From positions 10,664,001-10,728,000 of the forward strand of contig NC_043010.1 in assembly GCF_006345805.1 (NCBI RefSeq): 64,000 nt of DNA, written 5' to 3'. Of the stretch, positions 1 through 13,087 are shown piece by piece. Made by a program: the position numbers and the translations under genes. A model generated the notes under the pieces. The model was not told the DNA's origin, searched no databases, and was given only the letters and a program-made list of their open reading frames with translations. This stretch comes from Octopus sinensis. Taxonomy: Eukaryota. Every line of letters starts with the position of its first letter. The first letter of the stretch is position 1.

Positions 1-139
1 ACCTTAGGGTTCCGCCAGTACAGTCCAGGGGTTCCGCAAGAAGTTACAAAACTGCTAAAATCGGCAGTAATTTTTAAGTCTCCTGTGCAATTATGTGTGC
101 ATAAGACCATTAAATTAAATTAAATAGATAAATTAAATA

Positions 140-248
140 GATAAATAAAGTACCAGTTTCACACTGGGTTGATGTAATCGACTTAATCCGTTTGTCTGTC
201 CTTGTTTGTCCCCTCTATGTTTAGCCCCTTGTTGGTAGTAAAGAAATA
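140..248 (+). mobile_element. 3' part of SINE family B
   Basis: AAGTACCAGTT...GATGTAATCGACTTAATCCGTTTGTCTGTCC...GTAGTAAAGAAATA matches the tail of full copies (e.g. 40015-40249). Confidence 0.8.
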
Positions 249-739
249 TATATCATCTGTAAGATGAAAATTCAAAATGGGTTGGCACTATACACAATCC
301 TTAGATTATGATGAAATATGCGAAAATTATGGCAATTTATTCATTTTGCTATAAACCATGCCCCCCTTTCCATATACTATATATAATGCATATTTCACAA
401 ATATGCACTATATATTCCACAGAGGTTTCATATTTGCCTGAATTTTACTTGAAATTGTATTAGAGTAAGCAAAATAATTACAGAAATTTCTAGAATACTG
501 CTAAATAAAAACTTGTTTTTTTATAACTTGTTTTGTTTTTCTCATTTATTGTGTGTGAAATATTTTCCTTACTGGAAAATAAATATACTATTTACTATTT
601 CTAAAATGATTTAATATAATTCAACATCCAAAGCTTAAAACACAATTTCTATCTGCCAGTTTTATCAGTTTTTAATCACACGCACCTTCACATACTTTTA
701 CATACTAACACACATTCATGCATAAAACTATATATCTTG

Positions 740-789
740 CATACACACACACGCATGCACACACACATATATGTGTGTGTAAAGAAATT

Positions 790-825
<36 letters not shown>

Positions 826-867
826 TATATATATTTATAATTATATATATATATATGTGTGTGTATA

Positions 868-904
<37 letters not shown>

Positions 905-977
905 CTATTTATATATATAATTATATATATACATATATATAATTTTATATATATATATATATAAATATATGACTATT

Positions 978-1018
<41 letters not shown>

Positions 1019-1150
1019 ATTATATATATATATATTATATATATATATATTATATATATATAATATATATATATATATATGACTATTTATATATATAACT
1101 ATTATTTATATATGTGTGTATATATATGTATATATATATATATATATTTA
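740..1150. repeat. (TA)n-rich compound microsatellite
   Basis: Interrupted TA/CA/TG runs with a repeated GACTATTTTATATA unit. Confidence 0.9.
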
Positions 1151-1361
1151 TTTGGATTATGTGTAGGTGTGCGTGCATTATGAGCACATGCTCTCATGCT
1201 GAACTGTACTGCATTTAGTAGTTTTGCATTATGACTAAGTTTGTGATATTCGCAGACAGTATTGGTATGTGTGGTTGAAATTGAACACGTAACAGAAGAA
1301 GATAACATCATAATGAACCCTTTCAGTTTTATTTGTCGTTTAGTTAAAAGATATCAATAAA

Positions 1362-1524
1362 GGTGCAGGAGTGACTGTGTGGTAAGTAGCTTGCTAACCA
1401 GTCACATGGTTCCGGGTTCAGTCCCACTGCGTGGCATCTTGGGCAAGTGTCTTCTGCTATAGCCCCAGGCCGACCAATGCCTTGTGAGTGGATTTGGTAG
1501 ACGGAAACTGAAAGAAGCCTGTCG

Positions 1525-1561
<37 letters not shown>

Positions 1562-1777
1562 TTGTGTGTCTGTGTTTGTCCCCCTAGCATTGCTTGACAA
1601 CCGATGCTGGTGTGTTTACGTCCCCGTTACTTAGCTGTTCGGCAAAAAGAGACCGATAGAATAAGTACTGGGCTTACAAAAGAATAAGTCCCGGGGTCGA
1701 TTTGCTCGACTAAAGGCGCTCCAGCATGGCCGCAGTCAAATGACTGAAACAAGTGAAAGAGTAAAAGAAAGAGTAAA
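1362..1777 (+). mobile_element. SINE family A: tRNA-like head, CORE-like CTTGGGCAAGTG segment, internal (TA)n(TG)n, (AAAGAGT)n tail
   Basis: A-box-like TG(G/A)CTGTGTGG and B-box-like GGTTCAGTCCC; about 17 near-identical copies in the window. Confidence 0.85.
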
Positions 1778-3370
1778 GCAATGACTCAGAAGATGTTTGA
1801 GCAACAATGTGGACACAGTTGGATGCAAGCGTATATATGATGACACATATGCAACATTGCAACATGCATAAAATTGCATAAGATGACATGCACGTGTACA
1901 ACGATATATAAATTTATACCTTGTGTGTGTGTGTCTGTTTGTGTGATTCAACTACTTTACACACAAGGCAGGTGGCATTTAGGGCATGCATCCAGTACCA
2001 CAGCGCTTATAAAACTATAAAACCATCGTTCAAACTGCAAAGTATAATCTCTTGCATGTGTATACATGTATGCTGCTATGCTTGTAATACATGTGTGTGT
2101 GTATATATGTATGTGTGCGCACATATATATATATATATACATATATATTTATATTATATAGAGTGGAAAAATTTACAGATTTTTTCTCTTATGAGGTTTT
2201 TCACGCTAACTACTGATAATTTCTTATAAAGATTTTATCCTTAATTTTAAATATATACATATATATATATATAATATATATATATATATATGTATGTATG
2301 TAAGTATGTATGTATGTTTGTATGTAATTTTGTGTTTGTGCATGTGTGTATCTGTGTGTGTGTGTGTATGTGCATGCATTTGTGCATGTGTATGTGAATG
2401 AGTTTGGAGAAGCGTTTACACATTTCGTAAAACTTCCTCCAAAGCGTTTATCTCAATCTGGTTATTTTTTATAACTTTTTTTTAAAGATTTAAGAATTGT
2501 CTAACTTACAAAAATTTTACTTCATATATTTGTAACTATATCAAGAATTCTTACTAAAGAAAAACATTTTAAAATATATGTATAAATGAAATGTATTTCT
2601 TTTCTCTTTTTAATTTAGCGTTAATTTTGATTGGTCACCTGTTTGGTAGCATGGTTGTGAAAGAAAACATCTTTTGTTTCTCATCCTTTAAAATCTGAAG
2701 ATTGTTTGCAGTTGTACGTCAGCAGATGTATGTATGTATGTATGTATGTATGTATTAATAATGGTATGATAAACTCACATAACAAAACACTATCTCACTA
2801 TACCAAGAGTTACAATTGCATATTTGTAATAATCACATCTGTAAGTGTGAACAGGTGATGATCTTAGCACGCTCAGAAGTTGGTCTGGTTCACACAACCA
2901 GACAAATGCACAGTCATTTATGTGCACATTTCTGCACACATATGCATGTATGCACACGAAGAAGCTAGTATAAATATTACACATTGAACAGATGGATACA
3001 CATCTGTTCGTATCTATGCTTAAGGTGTTAGTTAGCAATTAAGGAAGATAAAATAAGCTACGCAGACAGATGTATACACAGGAATATCTGTTAGTGAAAC
3101 TTGTACATAATACAAGCTCTAGCTTATAACAATCTTCAGTAGACTAAACTGAATACAGTGTTCTATTTGAAGCATCAATGGACAAAGAAAGATCAAACTG
3201 AAATATAGTATTAATATCTAATATCAAAGATGATGGAACCAATAATTTGTGAAATGTTATATTTGCTAGGTTTGGTTTGGATTTGCTGAAATTTGTGATT
3301 TTCATCTAGGATATGATGAAGGATAAACAATATATCAAAGTCTTGTTAGGAGTCAATATTTTCTATTCTT

Positions 3371-5135
3371 AAGGCGGCGAGCCGGCAGAAATGTTAGCAC
3401 ACTGGGCGAAATGCTTAGCAGTATTTCATCTGTCTTTACGTTGCAAGTTCAAATTCCGCCAAGGTCAACTTTGCCTTTCATTCTTTCAGGGTCGATAACT
3501 TAAGTACCAGTTGCATAGTGCTGTTGATCTAATCGACTGGGCCCCTCCCCAAGCAATTTCGGGCCTTGTGCCTAGAGCAGAAAAAGAACATTTTCTTTTC
3601 TTAAGGCAGCGTGCTGGCAGAAATGTTAGCATGCTGGTCGAAATGCTTAGCAGTATTTCATCTGTCTTTACATTTTGAGTTCAAATTCCGCCAAGGTCAA
3701 CTTTGGCCTTTCATTCTTTCAGGGTCGATAAGTTAAGTACCAGTTGCATAGTGGTGTTGATCTAATCAAGGCGGCGAGCTGGCAGAAACGTTAGCATGCC
3801 GGGCGAAATGCGTAGCCATATTTCGTCTGCCGTTACGTTCTGAGTTCAAATTCCACCGAGGTCGACTTTGCCTTTCATCCTTTCGGGAGTCAATAAATTA
3901 AGTACCAGTTACGCACTGGGGTCAATATAATCGACTTAATCCGTTTGTCTGTCCTTGTTTGTCCTCTCTGTGTTTAGCCCCTTGTGGGTAGTAAAGAAAT
4001 AGGTGTTGATCTAATCGACTGGGCCCCTCCCCAAGCAATTTCAGGCCTTGTGCCTAGAGTAGAAAAAGAACATTTTCTTTTCTTAAGGCAGCGTGCTGGC
4101 AGAAATGTTAGCACACTGGGTGAAATGCTTAGCAGTAATTTCATCTGTCTTTACATTTTGAGTTCAAATTCCGCCAAGGTCAACTTTGCCTTTCATTCTT
4201 TCAGGGTCGATAAGTTAAGTACCAGTTGCATAGTAGTGTTGATCTAATCGACTGGGCCCCTCCCCAAGCAATTTCAGGCCTTGTGCCTAGAGTAGAAAAA
4301 GAACATTTTCTTATCTTAAAGCAGCGTGCTGGCAGAAATGTTAGCACACTGGGTGAAATGCTTAGCAGTAATTTCATCTGTCTTTACATTTTGAGTTCAA
4401 ATTCTGCTGCGGGCAACTTTGCCTTTCATCTTTTCAGGGTCGATTAAATAAGTACCAGTTATGCACTGGGTCGATATAACCGACTTAATCCGTTTGTCTG
4501 TCCCCTCTGTGTTTAGCCCCTTATGGATTGTAAAGAAATAGGTATTTTGTCTGTCTTTATGTTCTGAGTCCAAATTCCATTGCGGTCAACTTTGCCTTTC
4601 ATCCTTTCAGGGCCGATACCAGTTGCATAGTGGTGTCGATCTAATTGACTGGCCCACTCCCCAAGCAATTTTGGGTTTGTGCCTAGAGTATAGAAAAGAA
4701 CATTTTCTTTTCTTAACGCAGCAAACTGGCAGAAACGTTAGCATGCCAGGCGAAATGCTTAGCAGTATTAGGTTTGTCTTTAAGGGGCTAAACACAGAGG
4801 GGACAAACAACAACAGACAAAGCGATTGAGTCAATTACATCGACTCCCGAAAGGATGAAAGGCAAAGTCGACCTCGGCAGAATTTGAACTCAGAACGTAA
4901 CGACAGACGAAATACCGCTAAGCATTTCGCCCGGCGTGCTAACGATTCTGCCAGCTCACTGCCTTTCTGTCTTTAAGTTCTGAGTTCAAATTCCATTGCA
5001 GTCGACTTTGCCTTTCATCCTTTTGAGATAAAGAAAATAAATACCAGTTGCATACTGGGGTCGAAGTAACCAACTGCCCCTAATCCCCAAAATTCTAAAA
5101 TTTCAGGCCTTGTACCTTAAGCAGAAAAGAATATT
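3371..5135 (+). mobile_element. Cluster of SINE family B units: ~231-bp head-to-tail tandem copies, a nested copy at 3768-4001 and an inverted copy at ~4775-4965
   Basis: Repeated heads AAGGC(G/A)GCG..CTGGCAGAAA, B-box GAGTTCAAATTCC, central GCCTTTCATCCTTTCGGGGTCGATAAATTAAGTACC; 15-bp TSD GGTGTTGATCTAATC at 3753-3767 and 4002-4016. Confidence 0.85.
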
Positions 5136-5224
5136 TTCATTTCTTTCCTTGATTAACATATTTATGATGTCAAATTATAAAATTATTGTCTGAAGCATGT
5201 AGATTACAGACTAAAATACACATA

Positions 5225-5389
5225 GGCGCAGGAGTGGCTGTGTGGTAAGTAGCTTGCTAACCAACCACATGGTTCCGGGTTCAGTCCCACTGTGTGGCAT
5301 CTTGGGCAAGTGTCTTCTGCTGTAGCCCCGGGCTGACCAATGCCTTGTGAGTGGATTTAGTAGACGGAAACTGAAAGAAGCCTGACGTA

Positions 5390-5428
<39 letters not shown>

Positions 5429-5435
5429 ATATATA

Positions 5436-5481
<46 letters not shown>

Positions 5482-5655
5482 GCCGGTGGCACGTAAAAAG
5501 CACCCACTACACTCACGGAGTGGTTGGCGTTAGGAAGGGCATCCAGCTGTAGAAACACTGCCAAAATCAGACTGGAGCCTAGTGCAGCCAGTCTGGCTTC
5601 CCAGACCCCGGTCAAACTGTCCAACCCATGTTTGCATGGAAAACGGACATTAAAC

Positions 5656-5686
<31 letters not shown>

Positions 5687-5915
5687 TGTGTGTGTGTTTG
5701 TGTGTCTGTGTTTGTCCCCCTAGCATTGCTTGACAACCGATGCTGGTGTGTTTACGTCCCCGTCACTTAGCGGTTCGGCAAAAGAGATCGATAGAATAAG
5801 TACTGGGCTTACAAAAGAATAAGTCTCGGGGTCGATTTGCTCGACTAAAGGCGGTGCTCCAGCATGACTGCAGTCAAATGTCTGAAACAAGTAAAAGAGT
5901 AAAAGAGTAAAAGAG
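5225..5915 (+). mobile_element. SINE family A with a family C (RTE 3' end) copy nested in its TA tract at 5481-5686
   Basis: Both halves of A flank GTGCCGGTGGCACGTAAAAAGCACCC...(GAT)n. Confidence 0.85.
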
Positions 5916-6106
5916 TACGTATGCTCATGCATATAGTTGCATATCTAGACATCCTCATATGCATGTATGTCCTTGTAACAAATCTTGTTTTAGCCCTGCT
6001 GGGTCACCAGGAACCCAGCAGAACTCTGATCATGACCTGTCAAAAGACAAATGAATCCACTGTCAGTTCAAGCGGCTTATTGGTTAAAGTGTTGGATTCA
6101 TGTTTG

Positions 6107-6167
<61 letters not shown>

Positions 6168-6169
6168 AC

Positions 6170-6420
6170 AAAGTGTGAAATTAATTAATTAAGAAGTAAT
6201 CAGTAATTTCACCAAGTAGAATTCGGCATGAAAGGGACCATTTCATGGTAGGCTTAAGTAATACGCAGGCAAAAGGGAAAACCGACGAAAATGGTTTGTT
6301 TTCAAGTGCTTTGGTTTTTCTGGGAACCCTCTTTAAATTAGAAGGAATAGCTAAGATATTTTGACTGCTATTTCTAAACTTCGGTAAGTGGTGAAGCAAA
6401 TCGTCGCTGAAGCCTAATTA
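6170..6420. mobile_element. (TA)n-flanked non-coding element with an internal inversion, related to 30478-30740
   Basis: GTGAAATTAATTAATT...TTCACCAAGTAG..TTCGGCATG and GACTGCTATTTCTAAA.TTCGGTA are shared with 30478-30740. Confidence 0.6.
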
Positions 6421-6437
6421 TAAAGTATATATATATA

Positions 6438-6740
6438 GGGAGGCGCAATGGCCTAGTGGTTAGGGCAGCGAACTCGCGGTCGTAGGATCGCGGTTTCGAT
6501 TCCCAGACCGAGTGTTGTGTGTGTTTATTGAGCGAAAACACCTTAAAGCTCCACGAGGCTCCGGCAGGGGGTGGTGATCCCTGCTGTACTCTTTCACCAC
6601 TCTTTCTCTCACTCTTTCTTCTGTTGGCCTGCTCGCTTAGCCAGCGGGGTGGCGTCATTCGAAGGCTAAAACAATGCGAACGCATTGTGACCAGCGATGT
6701 GTAGCAACATCTGATGGTCTGGTCGGTCACGTGATCACAT
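6438..6740 (+). mobile_element. SINE group D, tail type 1 (tRNA-like head, RTE-like 3' end)
   Basis: A-box TGGCCTAGTGG and B-box GTTTCGATTCC; near-identical to 29140-29445. Confidence 0.85.
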
Positions 6741-7344
6741 ATATATATATAGAGAGAGAGAGGGGGGAGAAAGAAAGCTAGAAAGAGAGCAAGAGTGGGA
6801 GAAAGAAAGAAAGAGAGAGAGGGAGAGAGGGATACATACATATAACTACACATACATATGTATACACATATACATGTCTTTATGTGAGAAAACTTAATTG
6901 TTCAACAAACGGAAATCAATGAGATGAGTGCAACACTAAAATAAGCAGTGGGCTTGACAAGATCAGCTAAACCCTCAATATCAGTACTCTGCTCCATCCA
7001 ATAAATGAAATACAGTATCTGAAACCAGTAATGCAATAAATAGAAAAGTACTCTGTGGATCAGCATTGGTATAGAATTAAACACTCAAATAGTATGGCCA
7101 GAGAGAAATTGGATATTTAATTCTTGACAAGTAAATACTGTTTAATCATTAAATTTGACTGAAATAAGGCCAGAACAAGCAAGAAATAATAGAATGAAGT
7201 GCACTTCTATGCCTTCAAGGAAACTTTATAATGTAGTTGATATCATGTAATATCCCATTTAGACCCGACTGCTTTTGAAATGACAGTTGAAATGATTTAT
7301 TCCACATGTCTAATAATCAACTGAGTAAAGCAAAACAAAAGAAA

Positions 7345-7475
7345 ACAACAATGACGACGATGGTGATAATGATAATAATAATAATATTAATAATAATAAT
7401 AATAATAGTAATAGTAATAATAATAATAATGACAATAATAATGACAATAATAATAATAATAATAATGATAATGAC

Positions 7476-7511
<36 letters not shown>

Positions 7512-7546
7512 TAATAATAATAATAATAATGACAATACTAATGACA

Positions 7547-7577
<31 letters not shown>

Positions 7578-7791
7578 CAATAATAATAATGACAATAATA
7601 ATAATAATAATAATAATACAATAATAATAGTAATAATAATGATAATGACAATAATAATAATAATAATAATAACAATAATAATAAATAATGACAATAATAA
7701 TAATAATGACAATAATAATAATAATAATAATAATAATGATAATAATGACAATAATAATAATGACAATAATAATAATAATAATAATAACGAC

Positions 7792-7826
<35 letters not shown>

Positions 7827-7827
7827 C

Positions 7828-7871
<44 letters not shown>

Positions 7872-7881
7872 CAATAATAAC

Positions 7882-7916
<35 letters not shown>

Positions 7917-7968
7917 CAACAACAACAATAATCGTAATAATAATGATAATAATAATAATAAATAATGA
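7345..7968. repeat. (AAT)n trinucleotide tract with interspersed GAC/GAT
   Basis: Directly visible; source of the poly-I/N/L ORFs. Confidence 0.95.
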
Positions 7969-8597
7969 ATAAAAGGAAAAAAACAAAAGTCCTATTTATT
8001 ATTGTTCAATGGAGATTACAAATCATTTCTTTCACACAACCATAAATTTAATCGCTATCAGTTCTTACTTCTGTTTCGCTTTGTTTTTTCTCTCTGCTGC
8101 TACACTTTTGATCAATCTACCTGATCAGCAAATGATATGGCAGTCGTAGTTCTCTTAAGTTAGCTTTTAATTATAAAGTTTTACATTAAAAATTTTTTTT
8201 TTTTCTTTTTACATACATATACTTTTTTTTTTGTCTTTGCTGGTGTTGTTTTCTTCTCTTCTTACCACAACCTGTCCAGTAAATTCTTACCTAACATCAC
8301 CCGGTTGTTTCATCAATCATTTATAACTTTTGCGGAGGGAGCTATTGAACTGATTGGCTTAGATAAAATTCCATCAATAACTGAGGCGGGCGAAAAAATG
8401 CTTTGAATATGAAACAAAGCTTAAACTGTTTGTTTTACTTTTATTGTTTGTGAGTAACACTTACTGCATTTGATGTATAAAAAACACACACAGGCATATT
8501 AGATACACCTCATTTCAGCAGTACATAATCAGGGGAAAAAAAACCCACCTTGGGCTTTAAAGTATGTAATATAGGACTGACTTTGCATGTAGGATCT

Positions 8598-8985
8598 CTT
8601 TACTCTTTTACTCTTTTACTTGTTTCAGTCATTTGACTGAGGCCATGCTGGAGCACCGCCTTTAATCGAGCAACTCGACCCCGGGACTTATTCTTTGTAA
8701 GCCCAGTACTTATTCTATCGGTCTCTTTTGCCAAACCGCTAAGTTACGGGGACATAAACACACCAGCATCGGTTGTCAAGCAATGCTAGGGGGACAAACA
8801 CAGACACACAAACACACACATATATACGACGGGCTTCTTTCAGTTTCCGTCTACCAAATCCACTCACAAGGCTTTGGTCGGCCCTGGGCTATAGTAGAAG
8901 ACACTTGGCCAAGGTGCCACACAGTGGGACTGAACCCGGAACCATGTGGTTGGTTAGCAAGCTACTTACCACACAGCCACTCCTG
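8598..8985 (-). mobile_element. SINE family A
   Basis: Reverse complement of the family A consensus. Confidence 0.85.
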
Positions 8986-9574
8986 TGTCTGGGTTTATTT
9001 TCTTGAGAATATATTCTTTCTCAAAAAATGCATCATATATGCCAACTAATCTGGATCACCTGATCCCTGGATCAGTCAGGCTGTCTGGTGCCGAGTTGGC
9101 TCTGTTGGCCACAACATTCGCTCCATTCCCCTTGTGCTCTAGCCATCCTCCTCCACATTGCTCTGAACATTGCTCCTTCCTCTAGAGCCAGCAATTAAGT
9201 AAAAAGCTGATTTTGACCACTTCTATTTGTACGATAAAAAAACATTCATTTTGAAGTATTTATATCTTTAAATTAAAACTTTCCATCAGAATTTTATATA
9301 AGAATATTTTAAGTTCCAAACACCAGCATAATGACGAAGTTAGCTAATTTACTAAATCACTCCAAATTACTAATTGCTGGTTATTTTCAAAGATGATTAA
9401 AATGCATTGACATTAGAAATAGACTAAAAAAAAAAAAAGGTTTTAATGCTGTTCTGTAATCTTTGGCTCAAATTAAATAATTATATATGGCTCGTTATAA
9501 ATGGCGATAAATTTAGATGTTGAAGAGTTGGCATGCTAAAGTGTATTTAACTACTCAGTGTGCTGGAAAGATTG

Positions 9575-10272
9575 CAGGAGGTGGCTGTGTGGTAAGTAGC
9601 TTGCGCTAACAACCACATGGTCCCGGGTTCAGTCCCACTGCGTGCATCTTGGCAAGTGTCTTCTGCTATATCCCCGGGCCGACCAATGCCTTGTGAGTGG
9701 ATTTGGTAGACGGAAACTGAAAGAACCTGTCGTATATATATATATATATATATAAATATTATTAGAGACAAAAACCACTATTTTGCAAAACAAACAAGGA
9801 AAGACTTAATCAATAACATAAAATTTTAATAAATAGTCAAAAAAAAAACCGCCACTACAATTGTTTCTTGTCTTGATCGACAATCTCAGGTGACTTCCAA
9901 TCTAAAATATCAATATTTTAAATATAAAATAATTTAAAATAATTAAAGTATGAATGAAAAATATAAATATATAATCCATATATAACCTATAATAATCCAT
10001 ATAAATCAATATATAAACAATATATAAACTAAAATAAACCTATCAACAATTAAATATAAAATATAAATTAAAATATAAAACAAACAAAAAATAATAATAA
10101 TATAATAATAAACTATATATACACCCATACACATATACCTAATTATATATAACCATATCTAACTACATACACTAAATCACACACCTATATATATATCCCT
10201 ATACATACACATAAAACGTCTAGGCAACTATAATAAATAAAATATTTGGATTTATTCCCTAATATTTATTAT

Positions 10273-10305
<33 letters not shown>

Positions 10306-10528
10306 ATGTGTTTGTGTGTCGTGTTTTGTTCCCCTAGCATTGCTTGACAACCGATGCTGGTGTGTTTTACGTCCCCGTCACTTAGCGGTTTGCAAAAGAA
10401 CCGATAGAATAAGTACTGGGCTTACAAAAATAAAATCCCGGGTCGATTTGCTCGACTAAAGGCGGTGCTCCAGCATGGCCGCAGTCAAATGACTGAAACA
10501 AGTAAAAGAGTAAAGAGTAAAGAGAGTA
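9575..10528 (+). mobile_element. SINE family A interrupted in its TA tract by an AT-rich element (~9760-10270)
   Basis: 5' half ends at ~9750; 3' half resumes at ~10295. Confidence 0.8.
9853..9892 (-). ncRNA. Minimal type I hammerhead-like motif (Penelope type)
   Basis: Minus strand CAC-CTGAGA-TTGTC-GATCAA-GACAA-GAAA-CAATTG-TA-GTG: stem I, core lacking N7, stem II, GAAA, palindromic stem III, GUA site. Confidence 0.6.
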
Positions 10529-10950
10529 TATGGAGATGTGATGAAATTCTCAAATTCTCTATTGTGATGCCAAGATGCAGAAGGAAATGATCAATGGTGG
10601 CAAGAAGCCGTAGAAGAATAATAGTAAATGGGTCATCATATTTGTTCATTAGAGTCAAGGAGGTTACTTAAACAGAAGAAGATTGTGAATGACAAGAAGT
10701 AAGAGGGAGTTTAGGAAATAGCAACGGATCTTTTAGAGTTTGAGCACATCTTTCCAATACCAACTCGGAAGAACTCTGATAAGGCAATCTGGTGTGAAGA
10801 ATGTAAGATAGCACATCTAGTTAAATTAACTGTTATACATGGGGACAATATATATATGCTGCTCAAGTTAAGAAAGAAGTGTATTTTGAGGTTCTACTAG
10901 AAGGCTCTCAAGATGGCTCGAGGGCAGCACATTTTCCTGTAGAAGATGGA

Positions 10951-11168
10951 TTAACCCTTTATTGTTCAGATTATTCTATCAAACATAATGCTAATTGATT
11001 TGAATTAATCATGCATTATCTCATATCTTTAAGATCTTGATGGTGTAATTACTTAATGTAGAATAACATTGTAGGGTAGGTGTGAGAGCCTGGATCTGGT
11101 CAGATTGAACATAAAACAGATTAAATATGTTGGCCGGATATGGCCGGTTTAAATACTAAAGGGGTAAG
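10951..11168 (-). mobile_element. piggyBac-like MITE (TTAA|CCCTTT termini)
   Basis: TTAACCCTTTA...TAAAGGGGTAA; homologous to 20276-20921. Confidence 0.6.
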
Positions 11169-11699
11169 TGGTTTTACTGGAACCAGACTTAGATGAATTA
11201 TCTTCAAGCTAAAACCATCTTGAAAGAAATGTCTGTGAGCAGCAGAGATACACAGCCCACTGGATATAATTGAAAGGAGATGAAGAAACCTTGTTGTAGA
11301 GAGGTGGTGTTTTGATGTGAGCCAGGTACTTGTTTGTCTATATGATAAGTCATATTTGCATAACTCTGCAATTTGAATGGTGCTGATGATTCTGAGCTGA
11401 AGGACATAAGATAAAATGTTGATAGTTAAATCCAAGATAGTCAACTCAGTAGGCAGAGCCTCATATTAGCAAGAGGTGCACTATAAAAGCCATTGAGAAG
11501 ATAGCCTCAATACAGTGCCTATTCACTTCTGAAGGCCCATGAAAGCTGCTGGTATTCAGTATGCAAAGCTTGCAGTTGGCAGCAATTTCACAAGCAAGCT
11601 GTCTGCAAGTTCCTTTCTAAAACAGTCTTCTAAATTAACGGTTGGTATGTAATACATGGCAGTAGTTGGTCTTTTAATGAGCTCCACCTACACACATGT

Positions 11700-11887
11700 G
11701 GAGGCACATGGCCTAGTGGTTAGAGCAGTGGATTCTCAATTGAGGGATTGTGGGTTCAAATCTCAGACTGGGCGATGCGTGTGTTTATGAGTGAAACACC
11801 TAAGCTCCATGCGGCTCTGGCAGAAGGTAATGGAGAACCTCTGCTGACTCTTTCACCACAACTTTCTCTCACTCTTTCCTCCTGCAT
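11700..11887 (+). mobile_element. SINE group D (type 3 head), 3'-truncated
   Basis: Matches 53801-53995. Confidence 0.75.
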
Positions 11888-11889
11888 CA

Positions 11890-12084
11890 ACGTGTGTACC
11901 ATTGGCGATTATTTTTCCTCTGTCTTCCCTTCTCTGAATCTTTCCTTCTCCTATGTTTCCGATGAAGAGCTCCGCTCGAAACGTTAAACCCTCCTTCTTT
12001 CCTTCTTTCCTGAGTGTCCAATAATACTTTATTTGTTCCACGTCTTCGCATTGTGTTTTTTGTGCTTTCTTGTTTGGATTAACT
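11890..12084 (+). mobile_element. Family E: ~190-bp non-coding element with a hammerhead-like motif (11955-11989), ending at (TA)n
   Basis: GTTT-CCGATGA-A-GAGC-TCC-GCTC-GAAACGTT-AAAC; four copies in the window. Confidence 0.7.
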
Positions 12085-12126
12085 ATATATATATATATAT
12101 ATATGTATGTATATATGTATATATAT

Positions 12127-12276
12127 GATGGCTTTCTTTCAATTTCCATCACATGTCTTTGGACAGCCAAGGGTTATAGTGAAAGCCACTTGTTCAAGAT
12201 GCCACAGAGTAGGAGTGAACCTGGAACTTGAAGGCTGTGAAGCAAACTTCTTAACCATTTAGCCATACCTGTTCCT
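12127..12276 (-). mobile_element. Diverged SINE family A 5' fragment
   Basis: Degenerate match to the A head (CACTTGTTCAAGATGCCACAGAGTAGGAGTGAACC). Confidence 0.55.
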
Positions 12277-12282
12277 ACATAT

Positions 12283-12335
<53 letters not shown>

Positions 12336-12895
12336 GTATGTGTATATATAGATGAATGTGTATATATATATGTATATATACATATACACACATATATATG
12401 TATACATATGTATGTGTATATATGTATGTATGTGTGTGCACGCACATGCATGTGTACATACATGTATCAAAACAAAAGCACAGTCGTATGGATGACAAAC
12501 CACACCTTATTGTTAGTTGAAATATATAGATCCAGTGACTCGATAAGAAGTTAAATAAATGAAGGAAAGAAATTAAATCTTATATAAAATGATATGAAAG
12601 TAGCCAACAGCACTGGTGATTAGTCTCGGTGTAGTTGATTACAGTTCTCACAAATCTAATTTCAGAGTTTTGATATTACCAAGCATTCAGCAAAAGTTTA
12701 CAGACATAAACTCTGCAGATAGGAATCTATTTCAGATTCATCTCATCCATAGATAATTAACTTAGACTGGTCTACAAGAAACAATTGACACTTTTACAGG
12801 TCATTTTTCTGTCCAGGCACACAGCAGCATCACCGAAGCTGACTGGCGATAGTCATAAATAAACTCGCACACATAGAGACACAGGCACAATATAA

Positions 12896-12984
<89 letters not shown>

Positions 12985-13025
12985 TATATGTATATATATA
13001 TATATATAAATATATATATGTTATG

Positions 13026-13087
<62 letters not shown>

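Noticed and set aside
1402-1590. Recurrent ORFs such as MLGGQTQTHK...RQASFSFRLPNPLTR
   Set aside because: Antisense translation of SINE family A, not a gene family.
6438-6512. tRNA genes at SINE heads
   Set aside because: A and B boxes are present, but there is no proper acceptor stem and each head continues into a SINE body.
7306-7986. Long ORFs on both strands (poly-N/I/L/Y)
   Set aside because: Translation of an (AAT)n microsatellite.
10530-11640. Possible ancient LINE coding remnants
   Set aside because: No diagnostic motif could be read with confidence.
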